From contig OZ024741.1 of the NCBI GenBank assembly GCA_964016885.1, forward strand, positions 344,720,001-344,784,000: a stretch of 64,000 bases of DNA. The letters run 5' to 3'. Source of the stretch: Eledone cirrhosa. Its lineage: Eukaryota. The notes beneath the pieces were generated by a model. That model searched no databases. It worked only from the letters and a program-made list of their open reading frames with translations, and was not told where the DNA came from. Below are positions 26,731-40,787 of the stretch, one piece after another (the first letter of the stretch is position 1; every line of letters starts with the position of its first letter). The position numbers and the translations under genes were made by a program.

Positions 26731-27820
26731 TTCTTTCTACTTTTGGCACAAGACCAGCAATTATCCCAGTGTATTACTGGTACTTTATCTTATCGACCCC
26801 ATAAGGATCAAAGGCAAAGTTAACCTAGGCGGGATTTGAATAAGAAATAAAAATAACAATAATAAAATATAAAGAGAACGATATGAAAGGGGTTCACATC
26901 AAATAAAATATTTTCTAATTTCAACTTTCAGCTTACATACACTCTAGTTTCTACCAAATAGTTATTGAAGAAATAATTGCTTCTACTTTAGGCACAAGGC
27001 CAGCAATAACCCAGTGCATTACTGGTACTTTATTTTATCGACCCCGTAAGGATGAAAGGCAAAGTTAACCTCGAATAATAATAATTGTTTCTACTTTTGG
27101 CACAAGGCCAGCAATTAACCAGTGTATTACTGGTACTTTATTTTATCGACCCCATAAGGATGAAAGGCAAAGTTAACCTCTGCGGGATTTGAACTCAGAA
27201 TGGCAAGGGCCGTAACTCTATGCGTCAAAGCATGGCGTCCGACCCTCTACTGATACTGCCAAATAATAATAATGACAAAGTTGCTTTATAATACTATTAT
27301 AATAATATTGTTTCTATTTTGGGCACAAGGCCAGCAATTACCCCAGTGCATTACTGGTGCTTTATTTTATAATATTAATAATATTTATGATATTTATGAA
27401 GTAAGGTAACAGTATCATTATGTAAAATGATAATTAAGAGAAAAAATAATGTAATAATTGTTTCCCTTTTTGGCACAAGGCCAGCAATATCCCAGTGCAT
27501 TACTGGTACTTTATTTTATCGACCCCGTAAGGATGAAAGGCAAAGTTAACTTCGGCAGGATTTGAACTCAGCAGGTCGTAATAATAATGTAATAGTAATG
27601 ATAAATTATAAATAATAAATAGAAATAATAAAAATATTAATTTGCTTCAAATAAATAAGCATGTAGAATAATATAACAATTATTATTATTATTATCATTA
27701 TCATCCTTATGGGGTCGATAAAATAAAGTACCAGTAATACACTGGGTAATTGCTGGCCTTGTGCCAAAAGTAGTAGAAATAATTATTATCATTATTATTA
27801 ATTATTATTAATTATTATTA

Positions 27821-27867
<47 letters not shown>

Positions 27868-27965
27868 GTAGGCCCCAGTAAAGAAATTATTACTATTATT
27901 ACGTTAAAATAAAGTACCAGTAATGCACTGGGATAATTGTTGGCCTTGTGCCAAAATTAGAAATA
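26731..27965. mobile_element. Cluster of 7 SINE family A copies/fragments in (TAA)n-rich DNA
   Basis: Minus-strand copies at ~26731, 26975, 27083, 27308 and 27455; plus-strand copies at ~27700 and 27906. Confidence 0.85.
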
Positions 27966-28369
27966 ATTGATATTATTATGACTGACCCTTGTGGCCAATA
28001 AATAAATAACAATAAATATTATCATGATCGGCCCTTGTGGCCAATAAATGAAATCATTATTATTATTATGATGATGATGATGATGATAATGATTTCATTT
28101 ATTTATTGGCCACCAGGGGTCAATAAATAAATGGAATCATTATTATCATCATAATAATGGTTTCATTTATTGGCCACAAGGGCCGAAATATAGGGGACAA
28201 TACGATAAGCAGGGACAGTGGTGGGTTACATAGATAAATAATAACGAAATAACAATTAAACAAAATAATTATAATAATTATAATAGTAATGATATAAATG
28301 ATGATGATGTTGTTGTTGTTTCCTAACATAATGATATCCATAACAACAGTAAAACTATGACAGCAACGG

Positions 28370-29076
28370 TGGTGATGATGATGATGTTAATGAGAATGAT
28401 GATGTTAAGTGATGATGATGATGATGTTAATGAGAATGATGATGTTAAGTGATGATGATGATGATGATGGCGATGGTGATGATGTTAATACTGGTGATGG
28501 TGATGATGATGATGGTGATGGTGATGATGGTGATGGTGATGGTGATGAGGATGATGGCGATGATGATGTTAATAGTGGTGATGGTGATGATGATGATGGC
28601 AATGGTGATGGTGATGGTGATGAGGATGATGATGGTAATGATGATAAATATGGTGTTAATAGTGGTGATGGTGGTGATGATGATGATGATGATAATAGTG
28701 ATGAGGATGGTGATGGTGGTGGTGGTGGTGATGAAGATGGTGGTGATGATGATGGTAATGACAATGTTGATGTTGATAGTGATGATGGTAATGACAATGT
28801 TGATGTTGATAGTGATGATGGTAATGATGATGGTGATGTTGATAGTGATGATGGTAATGATGATGGTGATGTTGATCATGATGATGATATTAAAAGAAAA
28901 CAACAAAAAATGGGGTACAATAACAGCCAGAAGAAGAACAAGAAGGAGAATGATGACAATAACAATAACAACAACACCAACAACAACTACAACAACACAG
29001 GCAATACCAACAAACATGGTAACGAAACACACAACATCCGACAGACATTTTTACTGCTATATGCTATTGCTCTACC

Positions 29077-29132
<56 letters not shown>

Positions 29133-29335
29133 ATCTGCTGCTACATCTGCTGCTCCTGCTGCTGCTGCTGCAGTTGTGGCTACTGCTACTACTTAGGCTG
29201 CTGCTGCTACTACTACTACTACTGTTACTACTGCTACTGCTGCTATTACTACGACTACTACTACTACTACAATCACCACCACCACCACTACAACCACTAC
29301 TACTACTGTTATTATTACTACGACTACTACTACAG
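28370..29335. repeat. (GAT/GGT)n, (AAC)n and (CTA/CTG)n microsatellites
   Basis: Directly visible. Confidence 0.9.
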
Positions 29336-30079
29336 AATGGCAGACTTTAGGATATAATGCCAGTGAAGGTAGGCACTCCAGTTTTAATCTTACTCTAACA
29401 CACACAATATTCAGACGGATTATATACAGATTTATATACACCTTTCTATAGATTTATACATTCCCTTTTTCTAAATATATGATAATTATATATATATAAT
29501 ATAATATATATATAATACATAATATAAATGTATATATATATATTATATATATATATTATATATATATATATTATATATAGATATTATGTATTTATATATT
29601 ATATATATACACACATATTTATGTCCATATATATATGCTAGATTATTTATTATATATACATATAGATATAGATATGTACGTGTAGCATATTGGATGTTTT
29701 TTTAATGTTTACTGTTAACAAAATATATATATACATATACATAGAAACATATATATATATAAATATATAATATACATATAAATAAACATTATATATATAT
29801 ATATAATATATATAATATATATATATATATAAGCATTATATGTATATATAAACTATATATATATATATATATATACACATAGTTATACATGTGCATGTAT
29901 GTATGTACGTACGTAGGTTTGTTTGTAACTCTACGTGTAGCATAGTTGTTTATTTTTGCTCTACTTTTACTTTCACTCTTGATTCTACTCGAACGTCGTT
30001 GTGAGTTACTATCACACTATATACTTCTTTCTCTTATTGATAGTATTATGTTTTCTGTTAGACGGGATATTTCATTTAC

Positions 30080-31310
<1,231 letters not shown>

Positions 31311-31499
31311 CTGTATGCATTTATGAATGTGTGTATGAATATGTATGCATATACACGTCCGTACGTATATATAAATGTAGATGGCTGTTTCATTTCTTGT
31401 GTGGATATTTACGATAATGTTGCTGTTAATATTATGACTGTTCTGAGTATCTATTGCTGCCCTAGTTGTTGATGATGATGATGATGATGTTGTTGTTGT

Positions 31500-32000
31500 T
31501 GTTGGCAACTCTAGGGTGTTGTTATGGTGGTGGTAGTGGCAACTCTTGGGTGTTATGGTGTTGTTGTTCTTGGTGGTGGTGGTGGTAGTGGCAACTCTTG
31601 GATGTTGTTATAGTGTTGTTGTTGGTGGTGGTGTAGGTGGTAGTGGTAGTGGTGGTGGTGTTGGTGGTAGTGGCGGTGATGGCAACTCTTGGATGTTGTT
31701 ATGGTGTTGTTGTTGTTGGTGGTAGTGGTAGTGGTAGTGGTGGTGGTGGTGGTGGTGGTGATGATGGCAACTCTTGGATGATGTTATGGTGTTGTTGTTG
31801 TTGTTGTTGGTGGTGGTAGTGGTAGTGGTAGTGGTGGTGGTGGTGGTGGTGGTGATGATGGCAACTCTTGGATGATGTTATGGTGTTGTTGTTGTTGTTG
31901 TTGGTGGTGGTGGTGTTGGTGGTAGTGGTAGTGGTGGTGGTGGTGGTGGTGGTGGTGGTCATGGCAACTCTTGGATGATGTTATGGTGTTGTTGTAGTTG
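31500..32000. repeat. Microsatellite-scaffolded tandem repeat
   Basis: Anchor GGCAACTCTTGGATG(A/T)TGTTATGGTG recurs about 7 times, separated by variable (GTT)n/(GGT)n. Confidence 0.85.
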
Positions 32001-32099
32001 TTTTCAGAAAGATTCACAATAGTTAAAACAAAAACAAAGCGAAGAGGTAGTACAAAGTGTTAGTATTAGGTTCACGCTTGAGAGTGGGGTGTATATATA

Positions 32100-32400
32100 T
32101 ATCATCATCATCATCATTTCATTTTACGTCTGCTTTTTCCCTGCTTGCAAGGGTGGAATGGGAACTGATTCTGGCTTTATTTCTACAGCTGGATGCCCTT
32201 CCTAAAACCAACCTCATTTACAGTGAGTGCTGGGTGCTTTTATGCTGTGGCACTTCCACGACCACTTTGCAGTGGAATGATAGGGACCCCAGCTGAGTAA
32301 ACTGGAGCAATGTGAAATAAAGTGTCTTGTTCAAGGAAACAACACATCACCCGGTCTGAGAATTGAACTCACAACCTTTTGATTGCAAGGCCAATGCTCT
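32100..32400 (-). mobile_element. SINE family B (RTE-type tail)
   Basis: Homologous to 37045-37435 and 51720-52028. Confidence 0.85.
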
Positions 32401-32719
32401 GTGTGTGTGTGTGTGTAGTATGCACGTATCTATAGATATGTATGGATGTATATGTACACGAATGCATACATAGGTACATTCATTGCTAGAGAGATGGTTG
32501 TCTTGATGCAGTGGTATGTTGTTGACAATCTGAATCTGCAACCCGGTTTCATTGTACATTATCATGTCACATTCTTACCATTTTAAATAGCTTCTAGAAA
32601 CTCATGAACATCACAACTTCCAAATGAGACTTTTTCTATTAATACTAAAATCTTGATTGATTAAATAAATGTAAAATATTCTTATATCATACACATATAT
32701 ATATATATATATATATATA

Positions 32720-33100
32720 TCATCACTGTTTTACGTCTGTTCTTCCATGCTAGCATGGGTTAGACGGGTTGTCCTGTTGTGGACAGTGTTCGGTCGGCTG
32801 ACCCTGTCTTGCTCATACGGGAACTGATTCTGGCTTTATTTCTACAGCTGGATGCCCTTCCTAACACCAACCTCATTTGCAGTGAGTGCTGGGTGCTTTT
32901 TTTCTGTGGCGCCTACACGTCCACATTACAGTGTGGGCTGGGTGCTTCTTTTTCTGTGGCGCCTACACGTCCACTTTACAGTGTGGGCTGGGTGCTTTTT
33001 TGCCGTGGCACTTCCACGACCACTTTGCAGTGGGTGGGTGTGGGGGCATATTGTCTATATGCTTCAGCTTCGGCTTGTACCCGTGGGGGGGTTGGGTCTT
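32720..33100 (-). mobile_element. RTE/SINE 3' module with ~3 internal 48-50 bp repeats
   Basis: CAGTGTGGGCTGGGTGCTTTTT..GGCGCCTACACGTCCACTTTA repeated; (ATG)n-type tail. Confidence 0.75.
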
Positions 33101-33632
33101 CTGTATATATATATATATATATATATGTTTATCCCGGGTTCAATCTGATGATTTCTCTCAAATGAAACAGTTCTAGTCCTGTAGAAGCCATTTCTATATT
33201 AAATCTATATATATATATATATATTCCACTCAAGCTTTGATTATTTTGATGGTAGTATGTATTTATGAATATTTTAATGTAAGTAAATATATATATATAT
33301 ATGTGTGTGTGTGTGAATATGTGTGTGTGTGTTTATAAGTGTATCATCATCATCAACATCATTGACTAATGTCGTCTTTCCTGATGCTGATGAGGATGGG
33401 TGATGAGTGCATGTTGGCGTTCAGTTTCGGGTGTATGCTCAGTGTTATCTGAACTGGTTGCTGCAGTAACTTTCTTATATCATCATCATCATCTTCGTTT
33501 AACACACACATATATATATATATGTGTGTGTGTGTATATGCATGTATATTGATACACATACATACACACATTCAATCACACACACATGACACAGCTATAC
33601 ACATATATATATGTGTGTGTGAGTGTGTATAT

Positions 33633-33830
33633 ACAGGGTGCCCCCATAAAATGTATACACAGTTCAACAGCAAAAAGATACATTAAAATACATTCTTTTT
33701 TATATGCATTATTTAGAATTTAGATTATGTAATCATTTTTGAATTATTTCTGTAGATCATTTTATTTTGGGGAAATAAATATTGCCTGTACAGGTAATCA
33801 AAGTGTGTCTACATTTTTTGGAGACACCCT
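33633..33830. mobile_element. Tc1/mariner-type MITE
   Basis: TA-CAGGGTGCCCCCATAAAATGTATACAC ... GTGTCTACATTTTTTGGAGACACCCT-ATA; same TIR family as 22336. Confidence 0.75.
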
Positions 33831-33887
33831 ATATATATATAGAGATAGATAAATATACACGGGTGTGTATGATTGTGCATCGAAGAT

Positions 33888-34270
33888 TATATTAATAAAA
33901 GGAATTCCAACGTTGTCTGATTTACTCGTTTTATTTACAATCCTTTAAAATTTATAATGGTATTAGAATGAAATAGTATGGTAGAATATTAAATGTTAAG
34001 TGTTAATTGAACAAGTACTTTCATGCTTTCAGAATCTTCAGGTTCATATTCAGTGGTGACAGTCAAGTTTGCAATTTTCAACTGTGAAAATTGCAAACTT
34101 GACTGTCACCACACATTTTGAACCTGAAGATTGCGAAAGCATGAAAGTACTTGTTCAATTAACATTTAATATTCTACCATACTATTTCATTCTAATACCA
34201 TTATAAATTTTAAAGGATTGTAAATAAAACGAGTAAATCAGACAAAGTTGGAATTCCTTTTATTAATATA
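33888..34270. mobile_element. ~380-bp palindrome (two ~190-bp arms, 4-nt loop), Penelope-like pLTR-type
   Basis: Centre GCAATTTTCA-ACTG-TGAAAATTGC; each arm carries a hammerhead motif. Confidence 0.8.
34118..34158 (+). ncRNA. Minimal type I hammerhead ribozyme motif (mirror copy on - strand 34007-34046)
   Basis: TTGAAC-CTGAAGA-tTGC-GAAA-GCAt-GAAA-GTAC-TT-GTTCAA. Confidence 0.7.
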
Positions 34271-34436
34271 TATATATATGTATGTACATATGTATCTATA
34301 TCTTTCTATCCATCTATCCATGTATCTATATATATATGGAATTTGGCCGGAGTATCGCTAAAAGCTTTCTCCGATAAAGTATTTATATATATATACACAT
34401 ATATCTCTCTATCTCTCTCTCTATATATATATATAT

Positions 34437-34633
34437 AACGAAGGAAATGTGGTAAGGAACCAGATGGACCATAACGCACCAGAATACTCAATACTTCGGG
34501 TAGTAGAGTGGGTAATAGGAAAATGTTTTTTTTATTTTTTTTTTTTTTTATTACCACGCTAAAAATTTTAATTTAGTCCAGAAATAGCCGTCGAAACGGC
34601 TTGAGCTCTGCCGTCAGGGTCAAACATTTTCCT
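34437..34633 (-). mobile_element. Element P1, rearranged copy
   Basis: 3' end at 34437-34525 plus inverted GAAACGGCTTGAGCTCTGCCGTC segment at 34578-34633. Confidence 0.7.
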
Positions 34634-34813
34634 ATATATATATATATATATACATACATAAATTCAGAACACGATATATATAGTCTGAACCAAGAGTATT
34701 TTGAGAAATAACTATTGTATGAAATTATGTAGTAACTGTATGTCTCCCTATCTTTGTAGCTATCTCTTTATTTCTCTTTCTTTCTATAACTTTTTTCTCT
34801 CCATCTTTCCCTG

Positions 34814-34847
<34 letters not shown>

Positions 34848-35027
34848 AGAACAAGTAAGACCCCGACGGCAGAGCTCAAGCCGTTTCGACGGCTAATTCT
34901 AGACGCCATCGAAACGGCTTGAGCTCTGCCGCCGGGGTCTTACTTGTTCCTATTACCCACTCTACTATCCTAAGTATTGAGTACTTTGTTATGGTCCATC
35001 TGGTTCCTTACCACATTTCCTTCGTTA
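34848..35027 (+). mobile_element. Element P1 with inverted duplication
   Basis: GAACAAGTAAGACCCCGACGGCAGAGCTCAAGCCGTTTCGA...TCGAAACGGCTTGAGCTCTGCCGCCGGGGTCTTACTTGTTC; tail CCACATTTCCTTCGTT(AT)n. Confidence 0.75.
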
Positions 35028-35133
35028 TATATATAATATATATATGTGTTACCTACATTTTTTATATTATGTATATATTTATATGTATATATTTATATAT
35101 ATACACACACATATATATATATATAGATATTGT

Positions 35134-35183
<50 letters not shown>

Positions 35184-35349
35184 GAGTCTCAGATTCAATG
35201 GAGGGGGGTGGTAATCACTGTAATAAGGTACTCAATACATTAGAATAGTGTAATCATCAAATTTTACATACAGGGAAAATGATGATGATGATGATATACT
35301 AAAGCCGAGACAGCTTGGCACCGTGGTTGGGATTTTACATCTCTATCTC

Positions 35350-35380
<31 letters not shown>

Positions 35381-35381
35381 G

Positions 35382-35412
<31 letters not shown>

Positions 35413-35609
35413 TCACAAGTATGCTTATATTGCAGGAAAAACAGATGTTAAATGATGATAGATATACATTATGTAATGTATATATATTAATACACACACA
35501 CACTAAATATATATATGGTGGCTGCCAACTCGTTTTCGAGTACGGCCACTACTTTATATCCATGTAGGAGAACCCCTACCGATGCGCTGAACGAATGTGA
35601 CTTTTTAGT

Positions 35610-36125
35610 CCAGCCAGCGACTTGAAAACTCTGGTACAAAGACTACACTTGTGACCATTATTGACACATAGTGCAGGGCCCAAGGTACCATGTGACGACA
35701 AGTGCAGAGAGATCTCCAGATATAAAGCAATGCCTGTGCTGTGAAGCTTTTATAGTGAGCAAAGGCACTGCACAAAGCCAGTCCCACTCTCTTAACCAAG
35801 ATGATATTTACCAAAAAGAAGAACAAGTCAACATCATTGGATACCATCAGGGTTGCAGGTGTTATATCAGAGTTTTCCTTCTCCTAGAATTCTGCCTTGA
35901 CAAAGGCTAAGGGGTCATCTCTCCCGGTGCTTTTGGATGGCTATTGACTCTTAAGAGCTCCCTTGCCCTTTGACAGGTTTTGTTTTTAGTCCTGCAGGAT
36001 GTCCAAAGTCACCCTCCTCACCAAGAAACCTTGGTGGGGTTGCCAGTTTAGTCGCCAACGACCCGACCATGAGACAGGTTGTACTGGGATACATGTTACC
36101 AGTAGCACCAACTGGTGACCTGACA
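35610..36125 (-). mobile_element. Probable RTE-type 5'UTR / non-autonomous retroelement remnant
   Basis: GC-richer island; reverse complement has CTAGGAGAAGGAAAACTCTGA and GGCAACCCCACC, motifs recalled from invertebrate RTE 5' regions. Confidence 0.4.
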
Positions 36126-36627
36126 TAATATATATATATATATATATATATACATACATACATCTATATATACACATAGATATATATGTATATGTGTGTG
36201 TGCATATACATATATATATATAGATATATATGTATGTGTGTGTATATATATATATTGTATATATATATAAATATGTATGTGTGTGTATATATATATATAT
36301 ATATATTGTGTGTATATATATATATATAGTAATTAGATTATTGCCATTTAAATTATATAGATAAAATAATACAAACATAATTGTAGTGCACCTGAGCACT
36401 TTATATATATATACAGATATGTTGGGAGGACATTCCAATTGTGTCAAAGACATGGCAACCTCTCTAGTGCTAGGGCCACTTTAAAATGAACTTGGTAGAA
36501 CGTGGAACCTATGTGAGTGAGATATTAATCCCCAGCCTGTCTGCGAGGTCAGTGGCCTCGCTTCAGTAGAGACCGGTTCTGTTAACACCCACCTAACCCT
36601 TACTAGCAGGAAAACTGGACCTTAAAT

Positions 36628-36785
36628 AATTGTTTCTACTTTTGGCACATGGCCAGCTATTACTCTAGTGTATTACTGGTGCTTCATTTTATCGACCCCA
36701 TAAGGATGAAAGGCAACGTTAACCTCGGTGGGATTTGAACTTGGAACGTAAAGGGTCAGAACTCTATGCTGCAAAGCATAGAGCG
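36628..36785 (-). mobile_element. SINE family A
   Basis: Family core ATCGACCCCATAAGGATGAAAGGC. Confidence 0.8.
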
Positions 36786-37044
36786 TCATTAAATAATGAT
36801 GATTATACACATGCATATCTTTTGTTTACAAAACTACACATAGTAAAATATATGTCTATCTATCTACATGTACAAACATATACATACACACCTTCGTTCA
36901 TTCATATATATACATATGTATATGTGTGTGTGTATATATAGTGAATATGTATTACTAAATGCTCTGAATCACCGACCTGTACTATGAAATGATTGAGGTA
37001 GTGGGAAATACACTAGTTCAATACACTTACATATATATATATAT

Positions 37045-37435
37045 CATCATCATCATCATCATTTTATGTCCACTTTTCCCTGCTTGCAAGGGTGGGACGG
37101 GAACTGATTCTGGCTTGATTTCTACAGCTGGATGCCCTTCCTAACACCAACCTAATTTACAGTGAGTGCTGGGTGCTTTTTTTCCGTGGCGCCTACACGT
37201 CCACTTTACAGTGTGGGTTGGGTGCTTTTTTTTTGCCGTGGCACCTCCACGACCACTTTGCAGTGGAATGATAGGGACCCCAATCCTATCATCTCATTTC
37301 TACAGCTGAGTAAACTGGAGCAATGTGAAATAAAGTGTCTTGCTCAAGGAAACAATACATCACCCGGTCTGAGAATTGAACTCACAACCTTTCGATTGCA
37401 AGGCCAATGCTCTAACCACTAAGCTATGTGCCTCC
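37045..37435 (-). mobile_element. SINE family B, full length (tRNA head, CCTTGAGCAAGACACTT body, RTE-like tail)
   Basis: Reverse complement: GGAGGCACATAGCTTAGTGG (A box)..GAGTTCAATTC (B box)..CCCACCCTTGCAAGCAGGGAAAAGTGGACATAAAA(TGA)n. Confidence 0.85.
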
Positions 37436-37501
37436 ATATATATATATATATTATATAAATCTCTCTCTCTCTCTATATCTATATATATCTATATATATAT
37501 C

Positions 37502-37532
<31 letters not shown>

Positions 37533-38261
37533 GTTTCTATATGTATAATAACATTTATACCTCATTACACAATGCTTCAAGTGAACTATAACTTCCTCTC
37601 ATATATAATATATATATATATATATACATACATACATACAAGCGAGACACAGTCACCCGACCAATATTGCCTCTTGTGGGACAATTCCCGTCTAACCCAT
37701 GCTAGCGTGGAAGATAGACGTTAAACGATGATGATGATAATATATGTGTGTGTGTTTATTTCCATGATTTTGTGTGTATGTGCACATATATATCTATATA
37801 AGCACACACACACACACTGATATCTATTTATATATATATGTGTATATATATACGCATATGTTTATATATAATTTGCCTTCAGTATCTTCTCTTTTATTCA
37901 GACCCATTGTAGTTAAGTCTACATTATCTAACGTTTCCTTGGTGTTATTTAATGTCAATGTATCTGTTATGCCTTATAGCTGAAACAACTGCTTAGGGGT
38001 TTCCTCATTAGTTTATCCTTGTTGTGTTGTGTCCCTTGGCAACTGTGTAGCATATTCCTGCCTCTTTTGCTATGACTGAAAGTATTCTGGGGGTTGGTGG
38101 TTCCTGGCTTTTAGCCACACTACGATCTCAAATAATAAGACTTAATTATTATTTTTCATCATTATTTTTATTTGTCATCATCATCATTATCATCATTATT
38201 ATTGTCCCCTACATGTCGGCCCTTGTGGCCAATAAATGAAATCATTATTATTATTATTTAC

Positions 38262-38572
38262 TGGATTGTCAGAGTCATTAGAGTGTCAGCCCAAGTGCTT
38301 TACTCTATTTTGGTTCTATACATTTTGAGTTCCAATCCTACCAAGGCCAACTTTGCCTTTCATCCTTTCAAGGTCAGTAAAATAAACTACCACTCATGTA
38401 CTAGGGTGCATTTAATCAATTTTCACCTTCTTCTAAATGAACGGGCCTAATTTAGAGATCATTATTATTATTCTTGGTTAACTTTGCCTTTCATCCTTAT
38501 GGGGTCGATAAAATAAAGTACCAGTAATGTACTGGGTGATTGCTGGCCTTGTGCCAAAAGTAGAAACAATTA
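38262..38572 (+). mobile_element. Two SINE family A copies
   Basis: GCCTTTCATCC core at ~38355 and ~38486. Confidence 0.8.
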
Positions 38573-38679
38573 TTATTATTCTTGATGTAATCTCCATTCT
38601 GTGGTTCTTGCCTTTTATTTTCCCTAATATCTTGGACCCTTGTGGCCAGTAAAAGAAATCATTTCCAAAAATCCTTGGC

Positions 38680-39455
38680 ATGGCAGTGTTACAAAGACAA
38701 GCTCAACAGACATGGAAGTACCAACATTTGTACCTGTCTGAGATTCACACAGGGCAATGAAACTGTCTTATATGCTATCACCCAGTTCCTGTGCATTGCA
38801 GTGTTGTGTGCTTATGTCGAACAACTGCTATCATATGTAGGACATATTCGGATATCAGCCAGGTCTATATTCAAAATTGAACCACCACCATAACCACCAC
38901 CTTTTAGAAAGGAGATGCAGCAAGTCTTCCTCTGCCATGTAGTTATGGCAAAGGAAGCTGTATGGTTGACGCACATAAAAACATTGAGGGCAGGAATCTT
39001 ATTCTCCGGCCAAGCCTTCAACTTCTTCAGGTTTCTCTTGAGAAGGAAGGTGAGAGTAGAGAGGGAGATGCCACTTTCCAGTGTCTTTTATGTAAGATGG
39101 GTGAGAGCGGTGAGATTGTCGAAGCTGAATGGGCCTACTTTAATTAGACTTTTCTAAGCAGGAGGAAGGAAACTGGGAGACGCACTTTCTATGCCAGTGA
39201 AGCAACAGAGTAACCCAGGTTTTTGTGATGGGTTCTCCTTGGCATTACCCTAAAGTGCAGTCTTCTCCCAACAATTAGGGAACTGGTCCTTGTTGACATT
39301 TGTTATTGTTATGTATATTTATTACAAATTCTATTATTGTTATCCCTATTGTTTTCTTTAGTGGTGTCTCCTTTCCTTCACTCAATGTAGACCCCACCTT
39401 GTTGTTTTCATTTGTCCTTGTATCATTCCCCAGTATATTGGGCTCATGTGGCCAA
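38680..39455 (+). pseudogene. Tx1/L1-like LINE C-terminal (zf-RVT-like) remnant with 3' tail
   Basis: DKLNRHG..C.CL..NETVLYA..AKEAVW..RVER..F..RW; ends GGCTCATGTGGCCAA, a tail also seen at ~24645, 27985-28185, 38218, 38635 and 43230. Confidence 0.55.
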
Positions 39456-39457
39456 AG

Positions 39458-39690
39458 CTGAGGTTAACTTTGCCTTTCATCCTTACGGAGTTGAAAAAAT
39501 AAAGTACCAGTAATGTACTGGGATAATTGCTGGCCTTGTGCCAAAAGTAGAAACAGTTATCATTATCATCATTATTATTAGGGTGGTCGGTTGGACGCCA
39601 TGCTTTTCAGCATAGAGTTACGGCTCTTTATGATCTGAGCTCAAATCCCGCCAAGGTTAACTTTGCCTTTCATCCTTACGGGATTTGAAT
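39458..39690 (+). mobile_element. Two SINE family A copies
   Basis: Family core and tail. Confidence 0.8.
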
Positions 39691-40365
39691 TTGGAAATAG
39701 GCTGACATATATTGGGATCTGTGTGTGTATGTATGTTGTTACAGTTATTTGCTGCATTTAGTATTCTTACATTTTCAAAAATTTTAGATCACCCAGCACC
39801 TTGATAATTTATAACAAGCTTCTTTACATCTAAAGTAGTTCAGTACAGCTACCTAAATTTGATCAAATCTGTGGTCAGCAGCTTATAGCGCTCTTTTGAT
39901 TTGACCTTCCATTACCTTCAATGATAACAATACCCTCAAGCTAATAAAGTACCCTTTACCCGGTCAAATGATTTTCTAAAAAAATAGCAGTTAAATCTCC
40001 CTCGAATCGCATCTTCAAAAAATACATGTTGGATTATGTGGTCTTAGGTTATCTTGACATGAGAAAAAATCAGGAGAGTCATAGCTGGAATACTTTTGAT
40101 AAGCTTGCTTGATCATGACTAACTTGAGGTTTAGTGGATTTCATTAATAACAAGTTGACTTTGGCCAGATTTGAACTCCCTCTCCAGTGTGTCCTTCCCT
40201 TTTTTCAAGATGGTAGGGTGTGGTTGGGGTAAATTTGGTTGCTATTTCTAATGGGCCAGACGTTGTCTCATTTTGTTTGTTTGTTGCTTGAGGGGAGAAA
40301 TGTTAAAACAATAATTACCCTACTAACTTATCCCTACAGCTTCTACCTCACCAGTATCTTTTACC

Positions 40366-40581
40366 TTAACTCTTTAGCATTTACATTACTCTATATTTAC
40401 TATTATATTTTCGCTGTAAACACTTTATCTCATATAATATCAAATCTATGCGATTTTGATATTATTTATTTTGAGAACAATACCTTAACATAAATATGAG
40501 CAGCTGGTTATGGTCGGTTTGAACAGAAAGAGGTAAGAGAATTCTGGCCGGATATGGCTGGTTTAAATGCTAGAGTGTTAA
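40366..40581. mobile_element. piggyBac-type (TTAA) MITE
   Basis: TTAA-CTCTTTAGCATTTA ... TAAATGCTAGAGTG-TTAA; related copies at 4085, ~41995-42368 and 62110-62803. Confidence 0.7.
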
Positions 40582-40715
40582 CATAAGCTGTGAGGAGAAT
40601 CAGTGTTACACATTCTATGAAAATCATAAACAGCGTCTTTCATTAGAAATATGGTAACATAATGGTTAATGCCGGAATCCCTTGACTTGCTAGAAATCAA
40701 GGTCATATATTTTAG

Positions 40716-40787
40716 GATTGCTGGATAGTAAATGCGGCATATCCACCAATGATGATGAAGTTTCTTTAGAGAAATTCTGTTCTTTCG
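40716..40787 (+). CDS. Candidate internal host exon (phase 1-1), unidentified product
   Basis: ttttag|...|gtatac, 72 nt, open frame LLDSKCGISTNDDEVSLEKFCSF; non-repetitive. Confidence 0.25.

Noticed and set aside
32579-32635. Minus-strand exon suggested by ATG|GTAAGA donor
   Set aside because: All three frames contain stops
37365-37435. tRNA gene
   Set aside because: A/B boxes are present, but the cloverleaf is imperfect and continues into the SINE B body
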